Source: Deltaproteobacteria bacterium
GTDB taxonomy: Bacteria > Lernaellota > Lernaellaia > JACKCT01
Assembly (NCBI GenBank): GCA_027493875.1
Contig: JAOSJX010000008.1
Location: 1 to 64,000 of the forward strand
Length of the DNA: 64,000 nucleotides
Reading direction: 5' to 3'
In this document: positions 40,021-51,188 of the stretch, in pieces
Position numbering within the stretch: the stretch's first letter is position 1
How the letters are laid out: each line of letters begins with the position of its first letter
Notes under the pieces: model-generated
Seen by the model: only the letters and a program-made list of their open reading frames with translations
What the model was told of the DNA's origin: nothing
Database searches by the model: none
Position numbers and translations under genes: made by a program

Positions 40021-40279
40021 GTCCCAACGTTGAGGGGAAACCGGGGTTTCTTCACCCTGGAGCCGGTCCGCCAAGTTCTGGAACCGCACGCCAAGTCCAT
40101 AGCATCCCGCACCGCAGCGCGGTTCGGCGTGAGGGTCGCGTTTTCGTGTTCGAGACCCCGGTCTGTGGTCGTCTGGTGAAGGGAGGTGGCGAACCAAGAC
40201 GAGAAGCGTCGACAAGAGGGCATCTCCGCCCAACGCCTATCGGACAGACTGATTCGCTAAAGAAGGAGGACAAGGAGAC

Positions 40280-41311
40280 ATGTCTCGCAACCGTTATTTC
40301 ATGGTCGTTGCCCTGGCGGCGATTCTGAGCACGATGCTGTTCACCGGGGCGGTGACCGGCCAGGAAGAGGGCGGCGTTTTGCAGCGCGTCCTCGACCGCG
40401 GCACGCTCATCTGCGGCGTGAACTCCACCGTGCCGGGCTTTGGGTTCATCAACGACGCCGGCGAGGCCAGCGGCTTTGACGTTGACTTCTGCCACGCCAT
40501 CGCCGCCGGCGTGCTGGGCGACGCCAACGCGGTCCAGTTCGTACCGTTGACCGCCGCCGAGCGCCTGACCGCCGTCCAGACCGGCGCAGTCGATGTGCTG
40601 ATCCGCAACACGACGCACACGCTGACGCGCGACACCGAAAACGGCATGGACTTTGGCCCGGTCAACTTCTACGACGGGCAGCGCATGATGGTGCGCGTCG
40701 CCGATGGCTACACGGCCATCGAGGAGCTTGATGGAACCGCAGTCTGCGTGCTCGCCGGCACAACCACCGAGCAAAACCTGGCGGACCAGTTCGCGGCGCG
40801 CGGTCTCGAATATGAACCCGTCGTGTACGACACCTCCGACGCCACCATGCGCGGCTTTGAGGAAGGGCGCTGTGACGCATTGACCTCGGACTACTCCCAG
40901 TTGATGGGTTTGCGCTCCGCCGCCTCTGATCCCTCGGCCTACACGGTCATCGAAGAGTGGCTGTCGAAGGAACCCCTGGCGCCCGTCTACCTTCAGGGCG
41001 ACCCACAGTGGGGCGACGTGGTGAACTGGATCACCTGGGGCGTGATGTTTGCCGAAGAACTGGGCATCACCTCCGCGAACATTGGCGACTTCAGCGACAG
41101 CGTGATTCCGGAGATCCGCCGCTTCGTGGGCGCTGAGGGCGACATGGGCGCCAAGCTGGGCCTGCCTAATGACTTCATGGTCCAGGTGATTACCCAGGTC
41201 GGCAATTACGGCGAGATTTACGAGCGCAACCTGGGCGACATCATTCCGGACCGCGGGCTGAACCAACCCTACACCACTGGCGGCCTGCTCTACGCGCCGG
41301 GGTGGCGCTAA
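40280..41311 (+). CDS. aapJ: General L-amino acid ABC transporter substrate-binding protein (AapJ-like)
   Basis: Signal peptide; SBP_bac_3 family features; followed by AapQ/M/P-like genes. Confidence 0.75.
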   Translation: MSRNRYFMVVALAAILSTMLFTGAVTGQEEGGVLQRVLDRGTLICGVNSTVPGFGFINDAGEASGFDVDFCHAIAAGVLGDANAVQFVPLTAAERLTAVQTGAVDVLIRNTTHTLTRDTENGMDFGPVNFYDGQRMMVRVADGYTAIEELDGTAVCVLAGTTTEQNLADQFAARGLEYEPVVYDTSDATMRGFEEGRCDALTSDYSQLMGLRSAASDPSAYTVIEEWLSKEPLAPVYLQGDPQWGDVVNWITWGVMFAEELGITSANIGDFSDSVIPEIRRFVGAEGDMGAKLGLPNDFMVQVITQVGNYGEIYERNLGDIIPDRGLNQPYTTGGLLYAPGWR

Positions 41312-41443
41312 AGCCGCCTGGAGTTCGGGAACCGGACCGTAGAGACTGACCATTCGGGCGATGGGGCGCAGCACGTTGCGCCCCTTCCCCCATCCCAAGC
41401 GCGTCGCTCCCGTGATCCTATCGCCCGCAGATAGGCCGGCAGG

Positions 41444-42674
41444 ATGAGCCAACGATCACCGACTTTCGATGCCTCACTCCACCAGCCTGTGCCCTTGTGG
41501 CGGGACGTCCGCGTCCTGACCCTCGTTGCGCAGATCATCTTCGCGGTGCTTGTGGTCTCGGTGGGCATTGCACTGCTCAACAACATGCTTACGGCGTTGC
41601 GCTCTGCCGGCATCACCCCCAACGCCGACTTCCTCCAGCGCACCGCCGGCTTCGAGCTTCTGGAAGGGCCGGCCTTCAGCCGCGAGGACACGTTCGCCGA
41701 CGCCTTCCGCGTCGCGGTGGTGAACACGCTGCGCGTGGTCAGCGTCGGGCTGGTGCTTACGACCATCCTGGGTGTCGTCATCGGCATCGCGCGGCTGTCG
41801 TCTAACTGGTTGGTGCGCCATATCGCCCTTGTCTACATCGAAGCCCTGCAGAACACGCCCCTGCTCGTGCAGTTATACTTCATTTATCTGGGCGTCTTTC
41901 TCGCGCTGCCCAACCTGCGCGACGGCCCGATTGAATTGCCCGGCCCCGTCTACCTGAGCAACCGGGGCCTGGTCACGCCGGGCGTCGTCTTTACGGAGAC
42001 GGCCTCGATCTGGTTCCTTTACGTCATTGTCGGCCTCGTGGCGGCGTCCTTCGTCTGGTATGCGCGCACCCGCGCAGCGGAGCGCGCCGGCCACCCGCCG
42101 ACAGGCCGGCTCGCCCCGGCGGTCGCCACCGTCGCCGTCCTGGCTGCGGTCGGCTGGCTGGCGGTGGGCGCGCCGCCGATCACGTTCAGCCTGCCCGTGC
42201 CCGACATGCGCGAGCTGCCGACCGGTGAGGTGGTGGTGCGCCGCGTCGAGGGTGGCGACACGCTCACGCCGGAGTTTTCCGCGCTGCTGCTCGGCCTTGT
42301 GATCTACACCGCGGCCTTCATCGCCGAGGTGGTGCGCGCCGGCGTCCAGGCCGTGCCCTACGGCCAGATCGAGGCCGCGCGCGCCCAGGGCTTCTCTTAC
42401 TTTCAGACGCTCCAGTTGATCGTCCTGCCGCAGGCATTGCGCATCATCATCCCGCCGCTGGGCAACCAGTACCTCAATCTGGCGAAGAACTCCAGCCTTG
42501 CGATTGCCATCGGCTTCCCTGACGTCTTCTCGGTGTCGAACACCATCGCGAACCAGTCCGGCCAGTCGGTGACAATGCTGCTCCCTCATCATGGTGAGCT
42601 ACCTCACGATGAGCCTGACGATCTCCGCCGGGACCAACTTCATCAACCGGCGGATGCAGATCAAGGAGCGGTGA
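41444..42674 (+). CDS. aapQ: Amino acid ABC transporter permease (AapQ-like); 1-nt insertion near 42578 fuses it artifactually to the next gene in the ORF track
   Basis: Corrected frame gives canonical C-terminus LLLIMVSYLTMSLTISAGTNFINRRMQIKER-stop at 42672. Confidence 0.7.
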
Positions 42675-42676
42675 GG

Positions 42677-44491
42677 ATGTCGGACCGGTACGTCTACGTC
42701 GAAACCGCGCCGCCCGAAGCGCGCAAGCCGCCGGCAACGGAGGTCGGCGCGCTGGGCTGGATGCGCAAGAACCTGTTCGGCACGTGGTACGACGCCCTGC
42801 TGACGCTGGTGTTTGCTTTCCTGATCGTCTATGCCGCCGTCGGCCTGCTCAACTGGGTTGTCGGCGCGGCGAACTGGGATGTGGTCGTCAACAACCTGCG
42901 CCTGTTCGGGAGCGGGCGCTACCCGGCTGACCAGGTGGGGCGCGTGACCGCGGTCACGCTGATCGTGACCGCGCTCTCCGGGCTGGCGTGGGGGCTGTGG
43001 GGCCGGATGTCGCGCGTCACCCAGATTCTGTGGGGGACCGGGCTGGTCATGCTGCTGATTGCGCCCGCGTTCGCGAGTCTCTTCCCCATCCCGCCGATCT
43101 ACGCCGCGCCCACCGCCGGGACCTCGTCCCCGCTTGCGCCGCTGATCTTCGTCGGCGGCGAGAACCAGTCGCTCCACCTGACGTTCACGCCGGTCACGCG
43201 CGAGACGGAAACGCCGAAGGGCTTCATCGGCGGCGCGTCGCGCACAGCCTGGGGCGAGTACACGCGCACCGCGCTCGAACCGGAGCAGGCGGACGACCTC
43301 ACGGCGACGGTTTGGATCGCCGAGGCGAGCGCGCCTGACCGCCCGCTGGTCACGCTGACCGTCACATCCGGCGGCGAGGCGGAGTCCGCCGAGATCACGC
43401 TGCCGGCCGCCTCGTGGTATGTGATCCAGTCGGCGGTCGAGGGCGCTTCGGGCGCAGCGTGGCTGAAGATCGAAGGCGTGCCGCCCATGCGCTCATCGAC
43501 CAGCGCGCAGGCGGAGTACGAGCAGGTCTACGGCCCGCCGCCCGCCACAATCGACGGAGAGCGCCCGCACCGGCTCGACATCGCCTGGCTGCGCTTCGTC
43601 GGCACGCGCAACCTGAGCGATTTCGTCGCGGTGGTCGTCGGTCCGTTCGCCGCTGAGGTCAACAGGCTGGCGCTCGTTGTAAGCCTGGTCGTCGTCGTGA
43701 GCTACTGGGTCGGCATGGCCGCCGGGCGCATCAACGAGAAGCTGAGCCGGCGGCTGGCGGTCGCGGCGTGGCTCGTCTCGTTCCCGGTCACCATGCTCAT
43801 CCTCCGGGGCCTCGACGGCTCCGAGGCGCTCCCGGTGGTGGGCACAGACCGTTGGGGCGGGCTGCTGCTGACGCTGGTGCTGGCGGTGGTGGGCATCGTG
43901 GCGGCGTTCCCCATCGGCGTGCTGGCGGCGCTGGGCCGGCGGAGCCGGCTGCCGGCGGTGCGCATCATCTGCACGTTCTACATCGAGTTCGTGCGCGGCG
44001 TGCCGCTGGTGACGGTGATCTGGGCGGCGAACGTCATGGTGCCGCTGATGGAGCCGCGCCTGGCGAGCGTGGACAGCGTGATCCGCGCGATGGTGGGCAT
44101 GACGTTGTTCACGGGCGCGTACCTGGCGGAGGTCGTGCGCGGCGGCCTGCAGGCCATCCCGCGCGGCCAGGAGGAGGCCGCCCGCGCGCTCGGCATGAAC
44201 GCGGTTGTGATGACGGTGCTGATCGTCCTGCCGCAGGCGCTCCGCGCGGTGATCCCGGCCATCGCCGGGCTGTTCATCGCGTTGTTCAAGGATACGTCGC
44301 TGGTGGTCATCATCGGCCTGCTGGAGCTGCTCGGCATCGCGCGCACCGTCATCAGCCAGCCGGAATACGTCGGCACGCAGCGCGAGGCGTTTGTGTTCAT
44401 CGCGGTGATCTACTTCGTGTTCAGCTATGCGATGTCCTCCGCCAGCCGCCGGCTCGAGGCGAGCGGCGCGGGCGCGGCGCGGAAGCTGTAG
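42677..44491 (+). CDS. aapM: Amino acid ABC transporter permease (AapM-like) with ~150-aa extracytoplasmic insertion
   Basis: Starts [13 protein letters not shown] 2 nt after aapQ stop; EAA loop [27 protein letters not shown]; extra soluble segment about 43140-43600. Confidence 0.7.
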   Translation: MSDRYVYVETAPPEARKPPATEVGALGWMRKNLFGTWYDALLTLVFAFLIVYAAVGLLNWVVGAANWDVVVNNLRLFGSGRYPADQVGRVTAVTLIVTALSGLAWGLWGRMSRVTQILWGTGLVMLLIAPAFASLFPIPPIYAAPTAGTSSPLAPLIFVGGENQSLHLTFTPVTRETETPKGFIGGASRTAWGEYTRTALEPEQADDLTATVWIAEASAPDRPLVTLTVTSGGEAESAEITLPAASWYVIQSAVEGASGAAWLKIEGVPPMRSSTSAQAEYEQVYGPPPATIDGERPHRLDIAWLRFVGTRNLSDFVAVVVGPFAAEVNRLALVVSLVVVVSYWVGMAAGRINEKLSRRLAVAAWLVSFPVTMLILRGLDGSEALPVVGTDRWGGLLLTLVLAVVGIVAAFPIGVLAALGRRSRLPAVRIICTFYIEFVRGVPLVTVIWAANVMVPLMEPRLASVDSVIRAMVGMTLFTGAYLAEVVRGGLQAIPRGQEEAARALGMNAVVMTVLIVLPQALRAVIPAIAGLFIALFKDTSLVVIIGLLELLGIARTVISQPEYVGTQREAFVFIAVIYFVFSYAMSSASRRLEASGAGAARKL

Positions 44492-44504
44492 AGGGGAGGC
44501 CTGT

Positions 44505-45275
<771 letters not shown>

Positions 45276-45302
45276 GAAGCGCCCGATGTGGGCGACGCCC
45301 CT

Positions 45303-46418
45303 TCACTTCCACGCCAGCGTTGCCAGCAGGGGGTGGTGGTCCGAGCCGGTCGGCATATCGACAATCTCAATGGCGACGGCGTCCGTGTCGGCGCTGTGCC
45401 ACACGTAATCGAGGCGGGCGTAGTAGCGGAAGACGTCGCCCAGGCTGCGCGATGGCCCCTGCACGCTCGTGTACCCGAAGCCCCATCCCACCTCGCGGAA
45501 CGTGTCGCGCAGGCCCATCGCGGCGAGCGCCCGGTAGTCGGGGTTCTGGTCGGTCATGTTGCAGTCGCAGCCGACGAAGACCGCGCCCCCGACGCCTGTG
45601 CCCCGGCGACCAACTCGCCGATGGCGCGCACTTCTTCCTGATGTTGCGCGATCATCGTCGTCATCGTCGCCGGGAACGTGAGCGGGTCGGCGAGCGCGAC
45701 CGCGACCTGCTTCGGCACCAGGTGCGCGCTGATGAGGCGCACCGGACGCCCGTCAACGTCCAGGTCGGCCCAGAGGATCGGGCGGCTTGGGTGGCACGGC
45801 GCGATCCCCAGCGCGGCGAGGCGCGCGTCCATGACCACGCTGCCTGTGTCGGTGAAGGGGTGCCGGCTCAGGATCGCCGTCGTGCCGAAAGGCTGCCGCT
45901 CGGCGATCACGGCGTAGGGGGTAGAGGTCGTGCAGCGCGGCGGTGAGGGCGCGCCATTGCGACGGCTGCACCTCCTGGAGCGTCACCGCGTCTGGGGCCA
46001 GCGCGCGGATGGCGGCCTCTTCCTGGTCGAGCGCGCGGTTTGTGTAGAGCAGGTTGTGCGTCACCAGCCGGAACGTGTCCGGCGCGGGCGGCGGGGCCGG
46101 CTTCGGGAGGAACAACCCGCCGAACGCCGCCGCGAGCACCACACCCGCCATCGCCACGCCGGCCAGCGCCGCGCGGCTGCGCGCCCAGAGCGCGGCGAGC
46201 AGCGCGAACGGCCAGGGCGCGAGGAGCGCCTGCGGTGCGGCGGTGAGCGGCATCAGCCACCACACATCGCCGAGCAGGCGGTTCCCGGCAAACCAGGCGA
46301 GCACAACGGCGCTGTACAGCGCCGCCAGCGCGAGGGTGGCCCCGCGCGCCGGGCGACGCCGCCCCGCACCACGGACGAGCGCAGCCGCGCAGCCGGCCGC
46401 CGGTGCATCAGTGGACAT
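45303..46418 (-). CDS. Endonuclease/exonuclease/phosphatase (EEP) family protein with N-terminal membrane region; two frameshifts
   Basis: Three ORF pieces: TM N-term; FRLVTHNLLY...TLQEV; SDHHPLLATLAWK C-terminal EEP motif. Confidence 0.6.
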
Positions 46419-46487
46419 ACCCGTAGTCTACCTCTGGGGTGCGAACCCGGCGTAAAAAAGCCGTGAAGAAGGCCATACGCCGGGCTG

Positions 46488-47414
46488 CTAGCGGTCTGGC
46501 TCCAGCGCGTCGAGCACGGCCTGCAGGTCCGGCGGGAGCGGGGCCTCCACGACGACGCGCGCGCCGGTCGCCGGCGACGTGAACGCCAGCGCGGCGGCGT
46601 GCAGGAACTGGCGCTTGAGGCCAAGCCGCTGCCGGCGCCGCCCGTAGACCGGGTCGCCGACGATGGGGCAGTTGATGAACGCCAGGTGCACGCGGATCTG
46701 GTGCGTGCGCCCGGTCTGTGGCGTGGCTTCGACGAGGGTGTAGGCGTCATACCCGCGCAGCACGCGGAACGTGGTGACCGCCGCGCGCCCCTCGCGCATG
46801 ACGGCCATCAGCTTGCGCTGTTTGGGGTTCCGCCCGATGGGCGCGTCGATGCGGCCCTGTGCGGTCTCTGGCCGCCCGTGGACCAGGGCCAGGTAGCGCT
46901 TTTCAACCGTGCGCGCGGCGAACTGCTTCATCAGCGCGAGGCGGGCGGGTTCCGTCTTGGCGATGAGGATGACGCCGGACGTCTCCTTGTCCAGCCGGTG
47001 GACGATGCCGGCGCGGTCGCGCCCGCCGACATCGGCGACCTGCGGCCAGCGCGCGAGCAATGCATTGACCAGGGTCCCCTCGCGGTTGCCGTGCCCCGGA
47101 TGGACAACCATGCCGGCGGCCTTGTCGATGGCCGCGAGGCTCTCGTCCTCGTAGAGCACGCGCAGCGGGATGGCCTCCGGCGTCACCGCCACCGGGGGCG
47201 GCGGCGGGATGCGCACCTCGATGCGCTCGCCGCCCTCCAGCCGGAACGCGGGCTTGCTCGGCGCGCCATCGACGGTGACCAGCCCCTCTTTGATGAGGCG
47301 CTGCACATGCATCCGCGACAGGTCGGCCAGCGCCTCGACCACGGCCCGGTCGAGCCGCACGCCGGGGCGTCCGCCTGGAAGACGACGACTTTTTGTCTCG
47401 CGTGGCTCATCCAT
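46488..47414 (-). CDS. rluD: RluA-family 23S rRNA pseudouridine synthase (RluD-like) with S4 domain
   Basis: S4 domain RLDRAVVEAL...; catalytic HRLDKETSGVILIAKT motif. Confidence 0.8.
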   Translation of the reverse strand: MDEPRETKSRRLPGGRPGVRLDRAVVEALADLSRMHVQRLIKEGLVTVDGAPSKPAFRLEGGERIEVRIPPPPPVAVTPEAIPLRVLYEDESLAAIDKAAGMVVHPGHGNREGTLVNALLARWPQVADVGGRDRAGIVHRLDKETSGVILIAKTEPARLALMKQFAARTVEKRYLALVHGRPETAQGRIDAPIGRNPKQRKLMAVMREGRAAVTTFRVLRGYDAYTLVEATPQTGRTHQIRVHLAFINCPIVGDPVYGRRRQRLGLKRQFLHAAALAFTSPATGARVVVEAPLPPDLQAVLDALEPDR

Positions 47415-47494
47415 GCGGCCAAGCATACCACATCTCGCCACGCCTGGGGTGGGGGAGGTTCTGGCATCGCCTGGGGATGGGGAAGCACGCACCG

Positions 47495-47600
47495 GAATGC
47501 GTAAGACGAAAGCACGAAGGACACGAAATCACGAAAGGACTTGGGCGCATATTGCGTGTTTTCGTGCCCTTCATGGCAATGTCGTGATTCAACGGCGCTG
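47495..47600. repeat. Intergenic repeat element copy B (CACGAA/TTCGTG array, TCACGAAAGGACTTGGGCGCAT core), upstream of rluD; preceded by direct repeats GCCTGGGGTGGGGGAGG / GCCTGGGGATGGGGAAG
   Basis: Read directly; about 75 bp alignable to 38100-38185. Confidence 0.45.
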
Positions 47601-47734
47601 GTTCCTGGACCATCCCAAAACTATCCACGCGCACAAACCATTTACAAACCGTATCTTCTTAGGCTACAATAGCCGTAGGAACTCGGTACTATCGCGCCCC
47701 GCAACATCCCACAGCGCGCCATAAGGGGGAGACC

Positions 47735-48740
47735 GTGCGCCAAAAGCCACTTGCCGCCACAACGCTGCTGGCGTTGCTGCTTCTGGTGGGACCGGTCACC
47801 GCGCCGCCGGCAGGCGCGCAGGACGCCGCGCTGCTTGATTTCACCACGCGCATCGACGCCGAGGCGGTGATGCGGCACGTCCGCGCCCTGGCGGTGGACA
47901 TCGGCGCGCGCCCGCTCGGCACGGAGGCGGAGGCCCGCGCCGCCGCGTACATCGCTGAAGCGCTTGAGTCGTATGGCTACGCGGTCGAGGTGCAGGAGTT
48001 CGCGGTTGGCGTCTTCGGCTTCGTCGAACCGGCGACCTCGCGCAACGTCATCTCCGCCAAGGCGGGCGACGACCGCACCGTGGTCGTCGGCGCGCACATC
48101 GACTCGGCGGAGGTGGGCGCCGGCGCGGGCGATAACGCCTCCGGCGTGGCCGCCATGCTCGCCGCCGCCGAGGCGCTGGCGGATGTGGAGTTGCAGCACA
48201 CGGTCGCGTTCGTCGGCTTCGGCGCGGAGGAGGAGGGCAGCCCCTCCGGCGCGGATTTCTACGTGACGAGCCTGGGGCCGGGCATCCAGGACGTGATCGC
48301 GATGCTCAACATCGACTCGGTGGGCGTCGGGACCAACATGTATGTCTACGCCGGGGCGCACGCCACCGGAGGCCGCCCCCCGGAGGTGCACGGCGGTCCG
48401 ACCTGGGTGCGCGACCTGGCGCTTGATCTGGCCGCCGAGATGGGCCTGCCCTTCGGCACCCTCCCCGCCTGAGACCTGGGACGGCTACACCGGCGTGTGG
48501 AGCGACCATTTCCCCTTCCACCGCGCGGGCGTGCCCATTGCCTATTTCGAGGCGTGGTATTGGGAAGGCGGCGGCGATCCGTGGTGGGGGCAGGAGACGC
48601 CGCAGGGAACCATCATGCACACCGAGCGCGACGTGATCGACAACGTTGTGCCCGAAAAAGTGGAGATGACGGCGGAACTCCTCGCGGCGACCACCGCCGC
48701 CCTCGCCAGCGGAGCCACCGTCGCGGCCACGTCGCCGTGA
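47735..48740 (+). CDS. M28 family peptidase (aminopeptidase-like) with signal peptide; frameshift near 48470
   Basis: VVVGAHIDSAEVGAGAGDNASGVAAML and GFGAEEEGSPSGADFY zinc-ligand motifs; C-term continues in second ORF. Confidence 0.6.
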
Positions 48741-48747
48741 CGCAGGC

Positions 48748-49047
48748 CTATTGCCGTGGTATGGGGACCTCCAGGCTGAACGGCCCCTGCCGCCCGTTGG
48801 CGTCGATGGCGGCGATGGCGAGCGCGTCCAGGCCGGAGAAGGTTTCGCTGTTCCACGCAAACACGTTGGGCGCGCCAACCTGGAACCACCGGTTGTAAGT
48901 CAACCCGTTGGAATCGCGCAGCGCGAAGATATAGCCGGCGGTGTTGGTCGAAGGCGTCCACGCCAGTTCCTGGCTGCCAATCTCTCCGCTGGAAGACCTG
49001 AAGGTAATGTTGGTCGGGGCGGCGGGCCGGTCGGACAGCACGAGCAT
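48748..49047 (-). pseudogene. Truncated Fn3-like C-terminal fragment with no intact upstream coding partner
   Basis: 99-aa ORF; upstream 49050-49320 has no coherent reading frame in any phase; sits at compositional boundary. Confidence 0.3.
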
Positions 49048-49322
49048 CCGGTCGGTCGTGTAGCGGGTGGTGTTTACTGCGCGTGGGGTCCTCGGCAGAT
49101 TCGGTCAGCGGACGGCAGCGCCGGCCGGCGTCGCTGAACGTCAGGTGATCGCTTGCGCCCGTCCCGGTCGGTCGTGGACTGCATGTCGATCAGAAATCGC
49201 GCTTGAGGGTAGCTGGACGTGACCCTTGTGGATGGGTGCCGCGCCAGTTGCCGTGAGGGCTGGACGTGTTGGGCGGGTGCGGAGACACGTGATGAAAATG
49301 CCGGTGCGGTCCCGCGTTTTCG

Positions 49323-49669
49323 TCAGCCCGTTTCGATGAACGCCTGTAGCGCGCGCTGGCGCACTTCCGTCTCGATGACCTTGCCGCCGATCAACGCGCG
49401 GCGCAGCGCGGGGACCGCGCGGGTCGCGAGGAATCCGGCCGCGAATCCGCCGACGAGCACGAGCGACACGCCCGTCGGCGCGAATTCCGGAAGCAGCCAA
49501 AGCCCCGCGATGAACGCCAGAATCGCCGCCGCGACGCCGCCCACGGATCCGCGTGGGGATAGGCGTCGCTCGCGCGCACGACCAGCGGCACGATCTCGCC
49601 CGCCGTGCGCCGCTCCGCGTTTTTCACCGCCTCGGCGATACGCGTTTTTTCTTGTTCGCTCAGAGCCAT
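49323..49669 (-). CDS. Small membrane protein of the LemA-TPM operon (frameshifted)
   Basis: N-term MALSEQEKTRIAEAVKNAERRTAGEIVPLVV then TM VGGVAAAILAFIAGLWLL in alternate frame. Confidence 0.3.
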
Positions 49670-49689
49670 CTCTCACCCATTGTCTTGCG

Positions 49690-50412
49690 TTACCAACGGC
49701 CGGACGCGCCGCCGCCGCCGAAGCCCCCGCCGCCGCCGGAAAACCCGCCGCCGCCGCCGCCACGAAAGCCGCCGCCGCGCCCGCCGAACATCATCGACGT
49801 GAACAACAGAAAACGCCCGGTGCGCGTGGAAATCAGCAAGAGAAAAAACAAAATGGAAAAGACGGTGCTGATGACCGAATGAGTTTTACGTCCGTAGGCT
49901 TTGTCGCGCTGGGGAGCCTGAAACTCGCCGACCGTCGCCTTCATGATGCCGTCGAGGCCCGCCGCGATGCCGGCGTAGTAGTTGCCCTCTTTGAACGCCG
50001 GCAGAATCGCGTAGCGGACGATGCGCGACGATTCCAGGTCGGTCAGCGCCCCTTCGAGACCGTAGCCGACCTCGATCCGTACCTGCCGGTCGTTCGGCGC
50101 CACCGTCAGCAGCACGCCGTTGTCTTTGCCTTTTTGCCCGAGCTTCCACGCCTCCGCCGCGCGCATCGAGAATTCCTCGATGGCCTCGCCTTCCAGCGAA
50201 GGCACGGTCAACAGCACAACCTGATTGGAAGTTTCGTTTTCGAAGGCCGCGAGCGCGTTTTCCAATTGAGCGGTCTGACGCGCGTCGAGCAGTCCGGCAT
50301 AATCATTCACGCGTCCCTTGAGCGCCGGCACCTTCACCTGCGCCGCCGAGAGCGTCACCAGAGCCGCGGCCGCGATCGCGCCCAAGATGGCGTTCTTAAC
50401 GCCGAACCTCAC
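49690..50412 (-). CDS. TPM-domain (YgcG-like) protein with signal peptide, TM helix and Gly-rich C-terminal tail
   Basis: RVNDYAGLLDARQTAQLENALAAFENETSNQVVLLTVPSLEGE TPM motif; C-term GGRGGGFRGGGGGGFSGGGGGFGGGG. Confidence 0.65.
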   Translation of the reverse strand: MRFGVKNAILGAIAAAALVTLSAAQVKVPALKGRVNDYAGLLDARQTAQLENALAAFENETSNQVVLLTVPSLEGEAIEEFSMRAAEAWKLGQKGKDNGVLLTVAPNDRQVRIEVGYGLEGALTDLESSRIVRYAILPAFKEGNYYAGIAAGLDGIMKATVGEFQAPQRDKAYGRKTHSVISTVFSILFFLLLISTRTGRFLLFTSMMFGGRGGGFRGGGGGGFSGGGGGFGGGGASGRW

Positions 50413-50439
50413 GCCTCAAGCCCCAAACCTCGCACCTCA

Positions 50440-51031
50440 CTAGAACTCAACCTTCGGCGCTTCCTTCACCGCCTCGTTCTCCACCGAGAAATTCTCGCGC
50501 GTCTCCATGTGAAGCAGATAGCGCGCCGTCAGATTCGTCGGAAAGAAGCGCACAAGCTTGTTGTACTCCTTCACCGATTCGATATAGCGCTTCCGCGCGA
50601 CCGCGATGCGGTTCTCGGTGCCTTCGAGCTGCGCCTGAAGATCGCGGAAGTTTTCACTCGCCTTGAGATCGGGATAGCGCTCGGCGACGAGCAGCAGCCG
50701 CGAGATCGCCGAACCGAACTCCGCCTGCGCTTTTTGATATTGTTGAAATTTCTGCGCATCGGACAGCGCGTCGGGCGACATCTGAACCTGCCCCCACCTT
50801 CGCGCGCGCCTCGGTGACGAGCTTAAACGTTTCCTGCTCGTGCTCGGCGTAGCCCTTCACGGTGTTGACGAGATTCGGAATCAGATCGTAGCGTCGCTGA
50901 AATTGGTTCTGGACCTCGGACCACGCGGCTTTGACCTCTTCGTCCATCCCCTGAAGCTTGTTGTACCCGCACCCCGAAAGGGACAGCCCGAGCGCCAGCA
51001 CAAGGACCGGCGCCAAAATTCGACGTGTCAT
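50440..51031 (-). CDS. lemA: LemA family protein (frameshift near 50780)
   Basis: Lipo/TM N-term, LemA motifs RRYDLIPNLVNTVKGYAEHE and C-term in second frame. Confidence 0.7.
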
Positions 51032-51188
51032 GGACGCATCCTTTCCTCAATGGTGGCTTGGGGCATGCGGTAGGGGGCTTGCGACCGGTACGCGCTCGCG
51101 TCTCGTCATCCTCAAGCCACACGCCTCATGCCCCAATGCGGCTCTCATTCAGCCTAAGCACGATCCGCCCGATGGCAAGCGAAAAGCC

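Noticed and set aside
40080-40180. Possible tRNA (GTTCGAGACCCC T-loop-like string)
   Set aside because: No D-loop or anticodon-arm architecture and no acceptor stem with CCA context. The match is only partial to the GGTTCGA motif.
40011-40328. 105-aa ORF in the aapJ leader
   Set aside because: Lies in the promoter and leader region and has no protein-like features. More likely non-coding structured RNA.
41444-44491. Single 1015-aa ORF suggesting an AapQ-AapM fusion
   Set aside because: One inserted C near 42578 removes the native aapQ stop. The corrected frame ends with the canonical ...NFINRRMQIKER-stop, and aapM starts 2 nt later.
49219-50817. 532-aa plus-strand ORF
   Set aside because: Antisense to the LemA/TPM genes. 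Contains a Pro/Arg low-complexity run mirroring the Gly-rich tail of the TPM protein.
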